The position numbers were made by a program, and so were the translations under genes. From the IMG/VR virus record IMGVR_UViG_3300038301_000548, positions 126,699 to 190,698 of that record: a stretch of 64,000 bases of DNA, one strand, 5' to 3'. Every line of letters starts with the position of its first letter. Within the stretch, counting starts at the first letter, position 1. This document shows, in pieces, positions 1-10,117 of the stretch. The notes below the pieces were generated by a model that ran no database searches, had not been told where the DNA came from, and worked only from the letters and a program-made list of their open reading frames with translations. Origin of the DNA: a virus.

Positions 1-3000
1 TATCAACTGGGTCCCCGTCGATCGATATCATAGTCCTGGAAACTTCTGATTGCGGTATAAAATAGCTCGTAAACCATTTATAGTAATCTAGATTCGGATT
101 ATTGTTATATACATTTTTAGATAAGTCTTGCATTTTCATTGATTGCTGCTGGACTAGTCTTTTTAACGCGATATATGGGGCTTGTATACCGGTAATTCTT
201 GAAATTATAGGCTTCCACTCATCCCTAATCGACGGGATTCTTTCTATTTCGTGCTTTATGAATTCGTAAATAAACTCTTTCATCAAGGGTTCATCATAAA
301 CACCTTCAAAATCCCAAACAGAATATGCTAGGGATCCCTTCAATAACAACTCCACCAAACAAATTCTAACAAACCCAATCATGCAAACGTTCTGTATTGC
401 TTTCTCTATCGGGCCGAGGTCGTCATAATCGACATTTTCAAATGAATTCTCTGGCCTAGACATTTCTGCTCTGAGCTGACGGCCAATTTCATCCGTTATG
501 AGTTTTTCGAATGACAAGGTTCCAAGCTGAGATACACTATATCTGTTTTTATAACAATCCTCTATCTCGTTGTAAAAAACCTGGCCAGCGACTCGTCGGC
601 GGAATGAGTCAAAATAACCATCCTCATCGTAAACTCTTGAATTTCTTAGCGAATAAAAAACTTGCTCAAAGATACCTTCTAAAAATTCTGGGTATTGTTT
701 ATGATATAAATTATCTCTGATTTCCCCGTCAATTGTTAATTTATCAAACTCTTCCTGTATTTCATCGGCGCGCTCGGCGGCGGGCAGCTCATACCTTTGC
801 GCCATTGAAGTTAGAGATTTCAAATGCATTCTTGCAAATATTTCTCTCCTAGTATAAACCCCGGGAGGGATATTTTGATAGTTAGTAAATACGTGAGTGG
901 CCACTGTGCTGCCACGATCGTGTGAAGCTTCAATATAAGTCACTTGCCTGTCCGAGTCGGCCCTGACAGTTATCAGATTGGCGTCCTGGATCTCATTATC
1001 TGGACCCACTATTGAATCACAAAACCGGAAAACTTTTGGATTTTCTGCACTTGTATCGCGGAATAGGTTGTCGCCATATAATGTTATAGTATATGGATCG
1101 TATTTCTTTTGATCCAGTGAGTTCTCTGGGAGAGCGCTCGTTTTTGATTTAAATTCATACAAAGAGATCGACGGACCCGGGACGCCGAGCGCGCTCTTGA
1201 AATCTATCGTTAACTTTCTAACGTCGGGCCCATCGATGAATCGGTTGTTTTGATCGACAGCCGGTGCATCAAAATAAATCCCCTGTGTTGGATGAGTTAG
1301 CGGATTTAGACCTCTCGCGGCGATGTCACGGAGTTCGGCGGAAGTCTCCTTACTAGCGCTTAATACATCTTTTATTATTTCAAGGTGCGATTCATGTGGT
1401 ATAGGTGTTGAAACATTTGGCAAGTATGTCGACAAGATACCTTGCAACTCCATAAGCCTATCTTGCAGCACCTGTTGTAAATAACTGACTTGGGATCCTG
1501 GTTCCAGCTCTTCTGCGCTTTCGGCGTTCGCGAGGAGCTTATAATTATTGACAAAGTGATAGGGTACACCAGACTCATATACCAAGTAATTGCTGCCAAA
1601 ATTAAACAAACCTAGGTTTGCCTGGTCTGCGTGCGCGGTGGAGTCGATTTGCGCAAGGGTGTCCTCAGCTTGTTCACCTGACGTGATATACTTGTTCGTA
1701 ATATTGTTTGATTCATCTTTTTCAAAAAAACTATTGCGGCTAAAACCTATTGGCCTTGGATACAGACGTGTCTCTTTGGAATTACCGGCGCGAGACCTCT
1801 CATCGTAGGTTGCTTCGCGGTAGGGGGCTAGTGCTTCTTCTGCTGGCCAGAGTTGATGCTGTGGTTTTGCCGAAGCTGGGACATTATGGATTGGATGAGC
1901 CGCATTAGCCGCATTTTGATATTTAAAAAGTTTAAGGATTCTCTTATCGCTGGTCTCATATTTTTTTGTCTCGTATATTTGGTGTAAAATATGGATTTGC
2001 TTTTGCAAAGAATCGATCGAATTAGCTCCGCCGGATGCTTCGTCTCTAATAACTTGAAGCAGTCTAAAATTCTCTAGTATGGTTTCTACTGTTATGTTAG
2101 CTGCATCGTCGAAGTCTTCGTCTTCTGGTGTTGGTAATTTAAACCCATCTAGATAATAAGCTGGACCATATGCACTCAATGAGGAAACATAAGACATCTT
2201 TGTTGGCTCGAACATGTCCTTTATTGATTTAATTGCTTGGTCATTTAGATTCTTTGGTAACTGATTTACTATCGCGTCAGGGTTTGACATGTCTAGTAAC
2301 GGAGGGATAATTGCATTCAGGCCCTGTTCCGATAGCAGTTCAAAGGCGCGAGCCTGAGACATCAATTGATCTTTAGCTTCGTCTAGAACCCGGTTGATTT
2401 CTTCTTCAGATGCGTCGTTGGCTAGCAAGCTTCTTCTTAGGTCAGATATGGCAGTCGCAGTGTCTTCGCATGTTGTTGCTGTTGTTAGCCAGTCAGTACC
2501 TGACAGTGCTTCGCAAAAGCCATCCGGCATGAACGTGCCGATATGGTCATATAGTTGCATAATAGATTCTTCATCGTCTAATTGATCCAAACCCATTGAT
2601 CTAGCTATCGAGGTTAACATTGCTATTGTAGCTGGATCTAATGGGTCACCTTGTAGTAAACGACACAATTCTCGGTTTGTTAAAACTACTCCTGATCGTT
2701 CTATAAAGTCGGGCGCCAAATCTGCGTTCTTCTGGTCTAGGCCTAAATCAACGAGGCCTCGAGCCATAGCATTCTGGACTACGGAGGTTGAAGAACTAGC
2801 TTCCCCATATAATTGATCTCTTAAGATCTCTTCACACCATGGTATTCTTAAGAAATCTATGATTGTTCTTGCAAGAGTACATAAGAATCGTCCAATGATC
2901 TTACCTAGCTTATCCCAAAGAAATTTCCAGGCTCCGGCCCACCATCTAAATATGCTAAAATCTGGCCAATCCGGATAACTAAAGTTAGGTATGCTGAGAT

Positions 3001-6000
3001 TGAACGCTGGGATCTTTAGACACTTTAAGAAATCACATAAGAGAGCCCCGGGAGATACTCTGTCAATAAATTCTGAAAAGACCTTTGGGACAGTACATGC
3101 ATTACCGAGCATTTTTAAATGCTCGTCTTGACCAAAGACGCTATCTAAATTTGTAAAATCTTTTGATGTGGTTCTTTCATCATACCACTCTTTGAAAGGC
3201 GCCTTGATGTTTTGATCGGTCCAAATCTGCAAGGCGTCATATGTCTTTGCGATTCCATCAAGACCTGGAGTGTACCTCTTTAAATATGCTAGGCCCTTCT
3301 TTCCCAAGTCGAGGTCACTGCAAAGCTCAGAGTTTGAAAGATCGAAGAAATTTAACCATGAGCCCATGGCCAAGCCACCTGACATACGATACAGTTGAGA
3401 GAGATAGATTGACGTCATAGGCCTTGTTAGTGCAGGCGCCTGAGCTTTAAGGTCACTATACTTTCCTTTGATGCCGCGGCCCTTTCGACTTTCAAAAATT
3501 ATATTTTTGCCGGCTTGGATCGATTCAATCTGGCCAGTATTCGCTGAAAATATAATTTTAATGTTGTTGGGGTATTTCCATCTCCAGTTTGATGCTGCGC
3601 CGTCAGCGTCGGCGCCGCCCTGAATTGCATCAAAACCACTAAGCTCCTGCGCATATGGAATCTCGGACACCAGGCCTGCTAGTGTGTCATCACCAAACTC
3701 AAAATCTGAACTTTGAGGCAGTTTTTTCTTGATATAATTTTTTAACTGCAGCAGACCATCTTCTAACTTTGTCGCCTCTAAGTTGCCATCGTAATTGCTG
3801 GAAAATCTTATTTTGTCTTCTTTGCACGAAGCGAAAGCTTCTCTTATATCTTTGGCCGAGATATCGACGCGATCTTTTATCTCGCGATAAGTCATATAAA
3901 TTTCAACGTAACGTCGATTGCCAAATTTCTTGTTATATGCCCATTCACTAAACGCGTCTAATGGCGTCTTAAGTAGACTGGTTCCTACTTTTAACACACT
4001 ATTGCTAAACTCGTCTTGTGAGCCAGAAAAGTCTCCTAGGTTTATTGGGCCCAGGTTTACATTTGCGTTACCAAAAACGCCCAGATCAACGCTGGTATTT
4101 GCAGTTTCAGCACGGTTTTGGAGTTCGGCAGCTGCAGTCTGTGACTCTCTTAAAGCCCGGGCAATTTCCCTTCTTCTTTTAGCGGCTAAAGCCCTGTATT
4201 CTTCATACCTCCTCTCTTGCTGGTCTTCTGTAAGAGGTGCATCGTTGCATGAGTCAGTTGGATTAGATGGCTCTTGTATTACCGGTGCTAAGGCACCTTG
4301 GCTATTTTGGCTTTCCGAAATTCTTAATTGGCTTTCTAGGATTCCATTATCTTCTGTGATCTGTGCCAGCTTCGCTCTATTTATAAGGAATTTAGCCCTA
4401 TATTTGTCGCCTGGGCGGAGGGACGGAAACCTAAATTCTACAAACTTTATTAATGGCTCTGCTGTGTTTATACTCAGCATGAGGCCTCGGGAGTCGGGAT
4501 CAGCGCTTTCGTATACTTCTATGTCAGTATAAGGTTGTATAGACTGGATTGTCTGCACGAGGTCTTCACTTAAATCTTGATATCCCGGAGACTCAAACTG
4601 CTCTAAAAAATTGTCTAGAAAAACATCAGGGGCTAGGAGCCATTCTCCGGATGATACATTCAGCTTTGGGAATATCTGTGATATTCTTTCTTTTGCGGGG
4701 GATCCCGTAGGGCTATTGAGCCGGCTGGCTCCGTCTTGGCCTTGGATGGTATCATATTCACTCCCCACAACGGTGAATGCGTCTTGGAAAGATGCTGATT
4801 TTGGATCTAATTTAAATAATATTGGTTTGTTTAGATGAACAAGAAGACTATATAAAGCTTTCTGCTCCAACTCTCTTATCGCTTGTTGGTACTCTACTTT
4901 CTCATCCAGAGTAGCTGTTGGTGCTGGTCTGAATGGAGGCAAATTGCTTAAAGTAAAATCAGTCTTATAGAAGTACCCCATAACGGTGTTACTAATAACA
5001 AATGGGTCTGGGTCTGTTAAGGGGTCTGGTTCACCAATTCGAGATACCGCATCTGCATAATCGCCTGAGGACATAGTTGAAACGCTTTCTGATTTTGGAA
5101 AATTATTTGAGACCTCTAGGAAAGCAGAATACAAAACACTCTTCCTACTCCTCTCTATAAGTTCATACCTTAAAGCAGCGAAATGCCTGTGGGCCAAGTC
5201 CCTGTATTGATCGTTGATATTATTACCGTCTAGACCCAGATCGACCGGCTGCAGAGGGTTTAATACACTTAAAGATTCACTTGGGCGAGCGGTGGCGTTA
5301 TATTTCTCTAGCGAGGCTATGAAATTCGAACCATCAGGGCCGAGATAATCTTTAAAGCCGGCGGGGCCGGCGCCCTGATCATATGAATAATTTGGGTGGT
5401 TTGGTATGCCTGCGAGGCCTTGCTTATTGTTAATTCCTTGCGACGTTGCTAGATCTTGAGAAAGGGTGCCCTCTACCAAAGACTGGTGCAAAGTGCGAGG
5501 AATAATATCGTGAGCAAGAGTTTCGTTTTGGAAAACATTCGGGTCATGGTAGTATGTTGTCGCTCCGACTCTTGTTCTTGGGCGCCAGCCATGGAGCACT
5601 GCTAAGGTGGCCTCACCCAGAGTACCAAACTCAGATTGGAAAAAAGTGTCTATAGCCTCAAGTTGATCTTGCGCTAATTGTAGTATTTGGCTCTCAGCTC
5701 TTCTTTCCCGCTCATCGTCAGTTAGGTAACCGTCGTCTTCGACGTCTTTGTTGGAGCTGAAAACTTTGTTATAAACTTTTGAAGGTATTCCATATTTTGA
5801 AAATAAGTAGCTTAGTATGTAAAATTGGTTATCTAATTGGAATTTTGTAAGGTAGGCTTCCATTGTGGAATCAAATGTTGCCGCCTCTCTCAATGAGACT
5901 TCCTTCCCAGTCATACAGTCCAGCCAATGATTCTTGTTGTCGAACACATCGGGATTCGCTTCTTCGGGAGCAAGAAGCTCTACAGATCCGAGCGCTTTAC

Positions 6001-6142
6001 GAACTACTAGAATGTCGCGACCTTGGTCACCGGGGCGACGTGGACCAAAACTTATTTTTTCTGATTGTTCAGTATTAGAGCTTGGAGTCTCTAACTCTAA
6101 TTTGTATGGCCTGGTTGCGCTATATCTTCTATTATTGCTCAT
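1..6142 (-). CDS. Giant (>2,040 aa) probable virion structural protein; runs off the left window edge and is absent from the ORF track
   Basis: ATG at 6142. Hand translation starts MSNNRRYSATRPYKLELETPSS, is open at a spot check (3941-4020: QDEFSNSVLKVGTSLLKTPLDAFSEW) and is still in frame at position 2 (..MISIDGDPVD). The N-terminal part resembles a PG-binding domain (GPRRPGDQGRDILVVRKALG..FDSTMEAYLTKFQ). It follows the baseplate-like gene. Confidence 0.75.
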   Translation of the reverse strand, partial: MSNNRRYSATRPYKLELETPSSNTEQSEKISFGPRRPGDQGRDILVVRKALGSVELLAPEEANPDVFDNKNHWLDCMTGKEVSLREAATFDSTMEAYLTKFQLDNQFYILSYLFSKYGIPSKVYNKVFSSNKDVEDDGYLTDDERERRAESQILQLAQDQLEAIDTFFQSEFGTLGEATLAVLHGWRPRTRVGATTYYHDPNVFQNETLAHDIIPRTLHQSLVEGTLSQDLATSQGINNKQGLAGIPNHPNYSYDQGAGPAGFKDYLGPDGSNFIASLEKYNATARPSESLSVLNPLQPVDLGLDGNNINDQYRDLAHRHFAALRYELIERSRKSVLYSAFLEVSNNFPKSESVSTMSSGDYADAVSRIGEPDPLTDPDPFVISNTVMGYFYKTDFTLSNLPPFRPAPTATLDEKVEYQQAIRELEQKALYSLLVHLNKPILFKLDPKSASFQDAFTVVGSEYDTIQGQDGASRLNSPTGSPAKERISQIFPKLNVSSGEWLLAPDVFLDNFLEQFESPGYQDLSEDLVQTIQSIQPYTDIEVYESADPDSRGLMLSINTAEPLIKFVEFRFPSLRPGDKYRAKFLINRAKLAQITEDNGILESQLRISESQNSQGALAPVIQEPSNPTDSCNDAPLTEDQQERRYEEYRALAAKRRREIARALRESQTAAAELQNRAETANTSVDLGVFGNANVNLGPINLGDFSGSQDEFSNSVLKVGTSLLKTPLDAFSEWAYNKKFGNRRYVEIYMTYREIKDRVDISAKDIREAFASCKEDKIRFSSNYDGNLEATKLEDGLLQLKNYIKKKLPQSSDFEFGDDTLAGLVSEIPYAQELSGFDAIQGGADADGAASNWRWKYPNNIKIIFSANTGQIESIQAGKNIIFESRKGRGIKGKYSDLKAQAPALTRPMTSIYLSQLYRMSGGLAMGSWLNFFDLSNSELCSDLDLGKKGLAYLKRYTPGLDGIAKTYDALQIWTDQNIKAPFKEWYDERTTSKDFTNLDSVFGQDEHLKMLGNACTVPKVFSEFIDRVSPGALLCDFLKCLKIPAFNLSIPNFSYPDWPDFSIFRWWAGAWKFLWDKLGKIIGRFLCTLARTIIDFLRIPWCEEILRDQLYGEASSSTSVVQNAMARGLVDLGLDQKNADLAPDFIERSGVVLTNRELCRLLQGDPLDPATIAMLTSIARSMGLDQLDDEESIMQLYDHIGTFMPDGFCEALSGTDWLTTATTCEDTATAISDLRRSLLANDASEEEINRVLDEAKDQLMSQARAFELLSEQGLNAIIPPLLDMSNPDAIVNQLPKNLNDQAIKSIKDMFEPTKMSYVSSLSAYGPAYYLDGFKLPTPEDEDFDDAANITVETILENFRLLQVIRDEASGGANSIDSLQKQIHILHQIYETKKYETSDKRILKLFKYQNAANAAHPIHNVPASAKPQHQLWPAEEALAPYREATYDERSRAGNSKETRLYPRPIGFSRNSFFEKDESNNITNKYITSGEQAEDTLAQIDSTAHADQANLGLFNFGSNYLVYESGVPYHFVNNYKLLANAESAEELEPGSQVSYLQQVLQDRLMELQGILSTYLPNVSTPIPHESHLEIIKDVLSASKETSAELRDIAARGLNPLTHPTQGIYFDAPAVDQNNRFIDGPDVRKLTIDFKSALGVPGPSISLYEFKSKTSALPENSLDQKKYDPYTITLYGDNLFRDTSAENPKVFRFCDSIVGPDNEIQDANLITVRADSDRQVTYIEASHDRGSTVATHVFTNYQNIPPGVYTRREIFARMHLKSLTSMAQRYELPAAERADEIQEEFDKLTIDGEIRDNLYHKQYPEFLEGIFEQVFYSLRNSRVYDEDGYFDSFRRRVAGQVFYNEIEDCYKNRYSVSQLGTLSFEKLITDEIGRQLRAEMSRPENSFENVDYDDLGPIEKAIQNVCMIGFVRICLVELLLKGSLAYSVWDFEGVYDEPLMKEFIYEFIKHEIERIPSIRDEWKPIISRITGIQAPYIALKRLVQQQSMKMQDLSKNVYNNNPNLDYYKWFTSYFIPQSEVSRTMISIDGDPVD

Positions 6143-6162
6143 TTTTTTATAGTAAGTTCCGT

Positions 6163-7638
6163 TTAATTAACCGTATTATTGCGGCTATTGATGTACTTTG
6201 GGCCGCCGGGATCTAAATACTTCGTAGCATACAGACCTTTGTTTAGATCATTCATAAATAGTCCTAACCTAGTATTAATCAATAAGTCTAAAGTTGTTAA
6301 TATACCTTGTAGTGTTGCTTCGATACTCGGAGGAGTCGGCAGCAGTTCTGGCAATATATGGTAGTGGTTTGCTAAAATCTGATTAAAGTTCATTTGACTT
6401 GCGGCAAACGCATCAACGATGCCGCCTAATTTACTTATCAAGTCCACCATCTTTGTCAACCCCTCAACTAGATTATCCCCTAATACTAGTGGCTGTTGTG
6501 GTAATCTTTTTCCCGATTTATCACTACCATTCTCAGATATCAGGTGGATGCCGTTATTTTGTGTTATCCTATTGCCTTGCGAGTTAAACTTCTCATGGCG
6601 GCCGCCGGTAATGATCTTTATATCTTGTCGCGAATGGAGTCTAAGTTTATCCGCTTTCAACATTATCCCAGAACAAGGGTAAAGCTTTGTCTTCTTTTCC
6701 TGTTGTTGAGTGGCTGCATCAGGTGACTTAATGTTAAAATTATAATCTAAAGTTGTCATCTGTCCCATGTATATGCGAGCAGCGTCCATGCAGATTCCTG
6801 GGTGGTAGCCGCCTTTAAGTTGAACATTCTTAATCTCTGGTGTATTATGAGTGTTGAACATTGGGCCTGCGTTGATTGACCCTGAGTGCGAATCTTTATT
6901 AATTGGAAATGGGGCCATTCTCCCTACAACCAAATCTAAACAGCCTGCTCCCATATGATCTGAATATCTAGATTCTATATTTCGCTTGTTTGAATTTACC
7001 GAATATGAAAAGCCTGGATCATTTGTTCTTTCTCTTCCGAAGAAAATAGATGCGTTGTTATTAGTAGCTGACTTATTTAGTGTCTTTGCTGTCAGCACTA
7101 TTTCTCCAGGCCTCAATATGTGGCCGGGTAATGGTTCTTCTAGAGTGCGGCCGCTTTTGCCATCATTGCCGCCAGGAAAATCTATATGGTTCCTTGGTAG
7201 GCCCTTGATCATCGATCTTTTTGGAGGATCAGACTGTGCAGATGCGGGGGTCCCTAGCGACATACTTTTAGGTTCCGGGTCGTCGGTATCGGCGGCGGAT
7301 GACTTAATTGGGTCTGGTATCAGACTATCCAGCTTGTTGGATTTCGTTGCCGATTCTACTGACAGGGTCTGGGGATCTGCTTCTTCAAGTACTCCTCGCA
7401 ATAGCCTCTGGCTCACATCAAACTTATGCTCAAACTGAGAATATTTTCCATAGACAGTGCTTGTAAAACGCTCCATAGCAGAACTATATGCTGCGCTTTC
7501 GGTATTACCAGATGCTTCGACAGATGTTGACTCATTATCAATTTCTACCGAAATTCTCACCTTATGTTTGCCGGTCTGTTTGTCGTACATTCGAGAGAAT
7601 CTAGGAGCCTTTGTGATCGTTAGGCCGTTATACTTCAT
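6163..7638 (-). CDS. Putative baseplate hub/spike (gp5-like) protein
   Basis: 491 aa. The C-terminal part (IFFGRER..DAARIYMGQMT..IMLKADKLRLHSRQDIKIITGG) resembles beta-rich baseplate hub/spike proteins of large myoviruses; judged from memory and gene context. Confidence 0.45.
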   Translation of the reverse strand: MKYNGLTITKAPRFSRMYDKQTGKHKVRISVEIDNESTSVEASGNTESAAYSSAMERFTSTVYGKYSQFEHKFDVSQRLLRGVLEEADPQTLSVESATKSNKLDSLIPDPIKSSAADTDDPEPKSMSLGTPASAQSDPPKRSMIKGLPRNHIDFPGGNDGKSGRTLEEPLPGHILRPGEIVLTAKTLNKSATNNNASIFFGRERTNDPGFSYSVNSNKRNIESRYSDHMGAGCLDLVVGRMAPFPINKDSHSGSINAGPMFNTHNTPEIKNVQLKGGYHPGICMDAARIYMGQMTTLDYNFNIKSPDAATQQQEKKTKLYPCSGIMLKADKLRLHSRQDIKIITGGRHEKFNSQGNRITQNNGIHLISENGSDKSGKRLPQQPLVLGDNLVEGLTKMVDLISKLGGIVDAFAASQMNFNQILANHYHILPELLPTPPSIEATLQGILTTLDLLINTRLGLFMNDLNKGLYATKYLDPGGPKYINSRNNTVN

Positions 7639-7646
7639 TATAATCC

Positions 7647-8153
7647 TTATTTAATAATCCCATGAGAATAGTCGTACTCTCGGTCGAACTCAATCCGGAC
7701 GGTAGTTAGCTTTCCTGGTTTTGTGCCGTCAATTTTTCTCTTGTAACCTTTTGGAAACCTAGAGATTCTTTTCAGAGTCATAGCTATATCACTTTTTTGA
7801 TTACCTTTTTTCTCACCGGGGGTATTGAGGAGATCTATGCCGGTCCGCGTGGGTTGGGGTAGTGGGGCACAAATCTCCTCGACGTAAACGATTACTTCAA
7901 AGATAGTTGTGTTGGGATCCATATCATTACCCTCGGTTACTGCCTCAATAAAGTCCTGGTCAAAGCGTTTTTGAAAGTCTTTAAATTTAATCTCTGTTGT
8001 ATATAATGCGAAACCCGTAAACGTCATTGTTTCATTAGCTCTACTGGCTTCTTGGATTTTGTTAAATACCATAGCGTCCAGGTTTTCTTTCTTGGTTGCA
8101 GGAGTCCCAGTGGTCGCCTTTGGTGCAGCCTTTTGTTTCGCGGTACCGCCCAT
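7647..8153 (-). CDS. Hypothetical protein (structural module)
   Basis: 168-aa ORF tightly packed between neighbours; its start abuts the upstream stop. Confidence 0.6.
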   Translation of the reverse strand: MGGTAKQKAAPKATTGTPATKKENLDAMVFNKIQEASRANETMTFTGFALYTTEIKFKDFQKRFDQDFIEAVTEGNDMDPNTTIFEVIVYVEEICAPLPQPTRTGIDLLNTPGEKKGNQKSDIAMTLKRISRFPKGYKRKIDGTKPGKLTTVRIEFDREYDYSHGIIK

Positions 8154-8464
8154 CAGGAGACCTCCCCTTCCGGTGGCTGAATCTCTTGATTAATAAGATC
8201 GAATATTTCTTGTTTATCCTCTTCTGTTATATTTTGGGAAACGGCAGAATCTTTTTGCACTAGTGCTGCTAGCTTGACTAACTGCTCATTTGATCTCTGA
8301 AGCGTTTCTAGATATTTAGCTGCAACCAGGCCGACTTCGCGGTGGCGATCGTCACTAGATTGCATATATTTCATAAGATTCATCAACAGAGTCTTAGTGG
8401 CGGCGCGGTCCTCAGTTATATTGCTCTTGGCCTGTTCTATAAAATTTTCTACTTTTTTAGACAT
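8153..8464 (-). CDS. Conserved phage hypothetical helical protein
   Basis: 103 aa, coiled-coil-like (YLETLQRSNEQLVKLAALVQK), coupled to the downstream ORF. Confidence 0.6.
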   Translation of the reverse strand: MSKKVENFIEQAKSNITEDRAATKTLLMNLMKYMQSSDDRHREVGLVAAKYLETLQRSNEQLVKLAALVQKDSAVSQNITEEDKQEIFDLINQEIQPPEGEVS

Positions 8465-8492
8465 AATATAATTATATTTTAATAAAAAATAT

Positions 8493-9215
8493 TCACTCTT
8501 TATCCCACTTGGTTTTAAAATTCCTGTATCTTTCTCTTAATTTATTTAAGTTATTTACAACTTGCTTTGTATTCAAGCCCGTAAGTTCTCTTAAATACAG
8601 GTATACTGCTTTCTTGTTGAATATTTCGATATCGTCAATATTATGCAAGAGAACCTTTACTGCATCTAAAACTATTTTTTCATTCTTCTTAAGGTTTCCG
8701 TTATCCCATCTATCCAAATTGTTTAATAAAGTATTCCAAAACTCCACTTCAATTCTTTGAGACAAGTACGAGTCAGTGCCATCTGTTGTGCCTAGTATAT
8801 CTGGGCCTCCATTGTGGACCAAATTTTCAAAAGATACTTCTTTTTTTAATTTTTTAGAATTTGCTTTTACTTTGTGTATAAACCAATTTTTTGTTACCAC
8901 TGAAAAGTAGGAGAAGGCCTTTGATCCCCTGTTCGGGTTGTACTTATTTAGTATGGTAGTTAGCCATACTTTACAGTCTTCCCTGAGTGAATCTATATTC
9001 GGAAGGATATTAAACTTATAAGTAAATACTATTTTATCAACCATTTCACTAAAGGCGGGTTGAATCAATGTCACATAGAGTCTTGTTCTTTCTACATTGC
9101 AGGTTATCTTGCAATATTCTACGATGGCGTTTTCGTGTGTTTTCGTAAAATAATTATTTTTTGTTCTTTTGCGACGCTTTCGCTTAAACATTACCGGCTT
9201 CTTGTCGGGGTCCAT
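8493..9215 (-). CDS. Putative phage RNA polymerase sigma factor (late sigma-like)
   Basis: NNYFTKTHENAIVEY..VWLTTILNKYNPNRGSKAFSYFSVVTKNWFIHK resembles sigma region 2 of phage-encoded sigma factors; C-terminal HTH-like segment (YLYLRELTGLNTKQVVNNLNKLRERY). Confidence 0.6.
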   Translation of the reverse strand: MDPDKKPVMFKRKRRKRTKNNYFTKTHENAIVEYCKITCNVERTRLYVTLIQPAFSEMVDKIVFTYKFNILPNIDSLREDCKVWLTTILNKYNPNRGSKAFSYFSVVTKNWFIHKVKANSKKLKKEVSFENLVHNGGPDILGTTDGTDSYLSQRIEVEFWNTLLNNLDRWDNGNLKKNEKIVLDAVKVLLHNIDDIEIFNKKAVYLYLRELTGLNTKQVVNNLNKLRERYRNFKTKWDKE

Positions 9216-9524
9216 CTAAATATCTCCGCCTTCAGATTCATTAATGTTTGATTCTACTGGATCTTCCTCCAATACTATATAATCTAAGGTATTGATCTTG
9301 TCTACAATTTCGCGGCCATGGGTAATTAAGTTCCCCAATGTGGGGTCACCGTAGAACATCTCCATTTCATGCACGCCATTTACATGAGAAACGTATTGTG
9401 AAATAATATCAGCAGTAGCTCTGAAGTCTTCTTCGTTTGTTCTTGTTATCTTAATTAACCATCGGGTATACAAAAGAAAAGTTATGTTAAATATGAGGCT
9501 TAGTGATAGAATTATTTCTAGCAT
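9216..9524 (-). CDS. Hypothetical membrane-anchored protein
   Basis: N-terminal hydrophobic helix (ILSLSLIFNITFLLY); coupled to neighbours. Confidence 0.6.
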   Translation of the reverse strand: MLEIILSLSLIFNITFLLYTRWLIKITRTNEEDFRATADIISQYVSHVNGVHEMEMFYGDPTLGNLITHGREIVDKINTLDYIVLEEDPVESNINESEGGDI

Positions 9525-9778
9525 TATTGTTTTAGCTCCTTTTTGGCTTCTTCTTTTTGGTCCTTAAGGTCTTTCTTTGCGTCTTCTATGAAAGAATCGA
9601 CAACTGATCCTGTTTTGCGAGCTGTATCTTTCTCTTCTTTCTTTAATCGGAATTCCGGTATTTTTCTCAAGAAACCTAGCCGATGACATTTAATGCAAAC
9701 TTCCTGTACAAAAAACATACCATGAGATACCTCAAAGTCTTGGTTGCATGCATCGCAAATATATGCGTATCGTGGCAT
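9524..9778 (-). CDS. FmdB-family zinc-ribbon protein
   Basis: MPRYAYICDACNQDFE..CIKC matches the MPxYxYxCxxC..CxxC pattern. Confidence 0.8.
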   Translation of the reverse strand: MPRYAYICDACNQDFEVSHGMFFVQEVCIKCHRLGFLRKIPEFRLKKEEKDTARKTGSVVDSFIEDAKKDLKDQKEEAKKELKQ

Positions 9779-9781
9779 TGT

Positions 9782-10117
9782 TTAATCAGACCCTGTGGTG
9801 TTCTTTACTTCGTCTTGTGGTGGATCTTTTGTTTCTTTCAGTTTGAAGGTGGGAGGGTTCTTAACGGACAGTTGCTCGTTAGAATCGAGACTGAATTCGA
9901 AAGACTCTAAAGTTGGAACAATGTCTGTCTGTTCTAATAGTGATTTCTGAAGGGCCATCATCAGGGCGCCCATTGCTTGGTTCGATAATTTCATCATTAA
10001 CTCCTTAGTAATATTTTCTTTTATTTTTATGGCCATTTCTCTTTTTGCGCTATGGCTATAAAAGTTTGTATTTTTTGGAAACTTATCTAGTATTTCTAAT
10101 ATAAGATTATATAACAC
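9782..10117 (-). CDS. Conserved phage hypothetical protein (true start probably the internal MKLSNQA)
   Basis: ORF track; core ALMMALQKSLLEQTDIVPTL..VKNPPTF. Confidence 0.55.
   Translation of the reverse strand: MLYNLILEILDKFPKNTNFYSHSAKREMAIKIKENITKELMMKLSNQAMGALMMALQKSLLEQTDIVPTLESFEFSLDSNEQLSVKNPPTFKLKETKDPPQDEVKNTTGSD

Noticed and set aside
3918-4532. 204-aa plus-strand ORF, and the many other short plus-strand ORFs in the track
   Set aside because: They are antisense shadows of longer minus-strand genes, with no motifs or RBS. Only 25636..26400 is a credible plus-strand gene.
1-6160. Non-coding region, pseudogene or recoded stop codons, suggested by the lack of long ORFs in the track
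   Set aside because: A single minus-strand frame appears open from 6142 to the edge; it was probably missed only because its stop lies outside the window. Other genes end normally, so there is no sign of recoding.
8153-8464. Terminase small subunit
   Set aside because: Size and helical character fit, but there is no diagnostic motif and no large subunit nearby; left as hypothetical.
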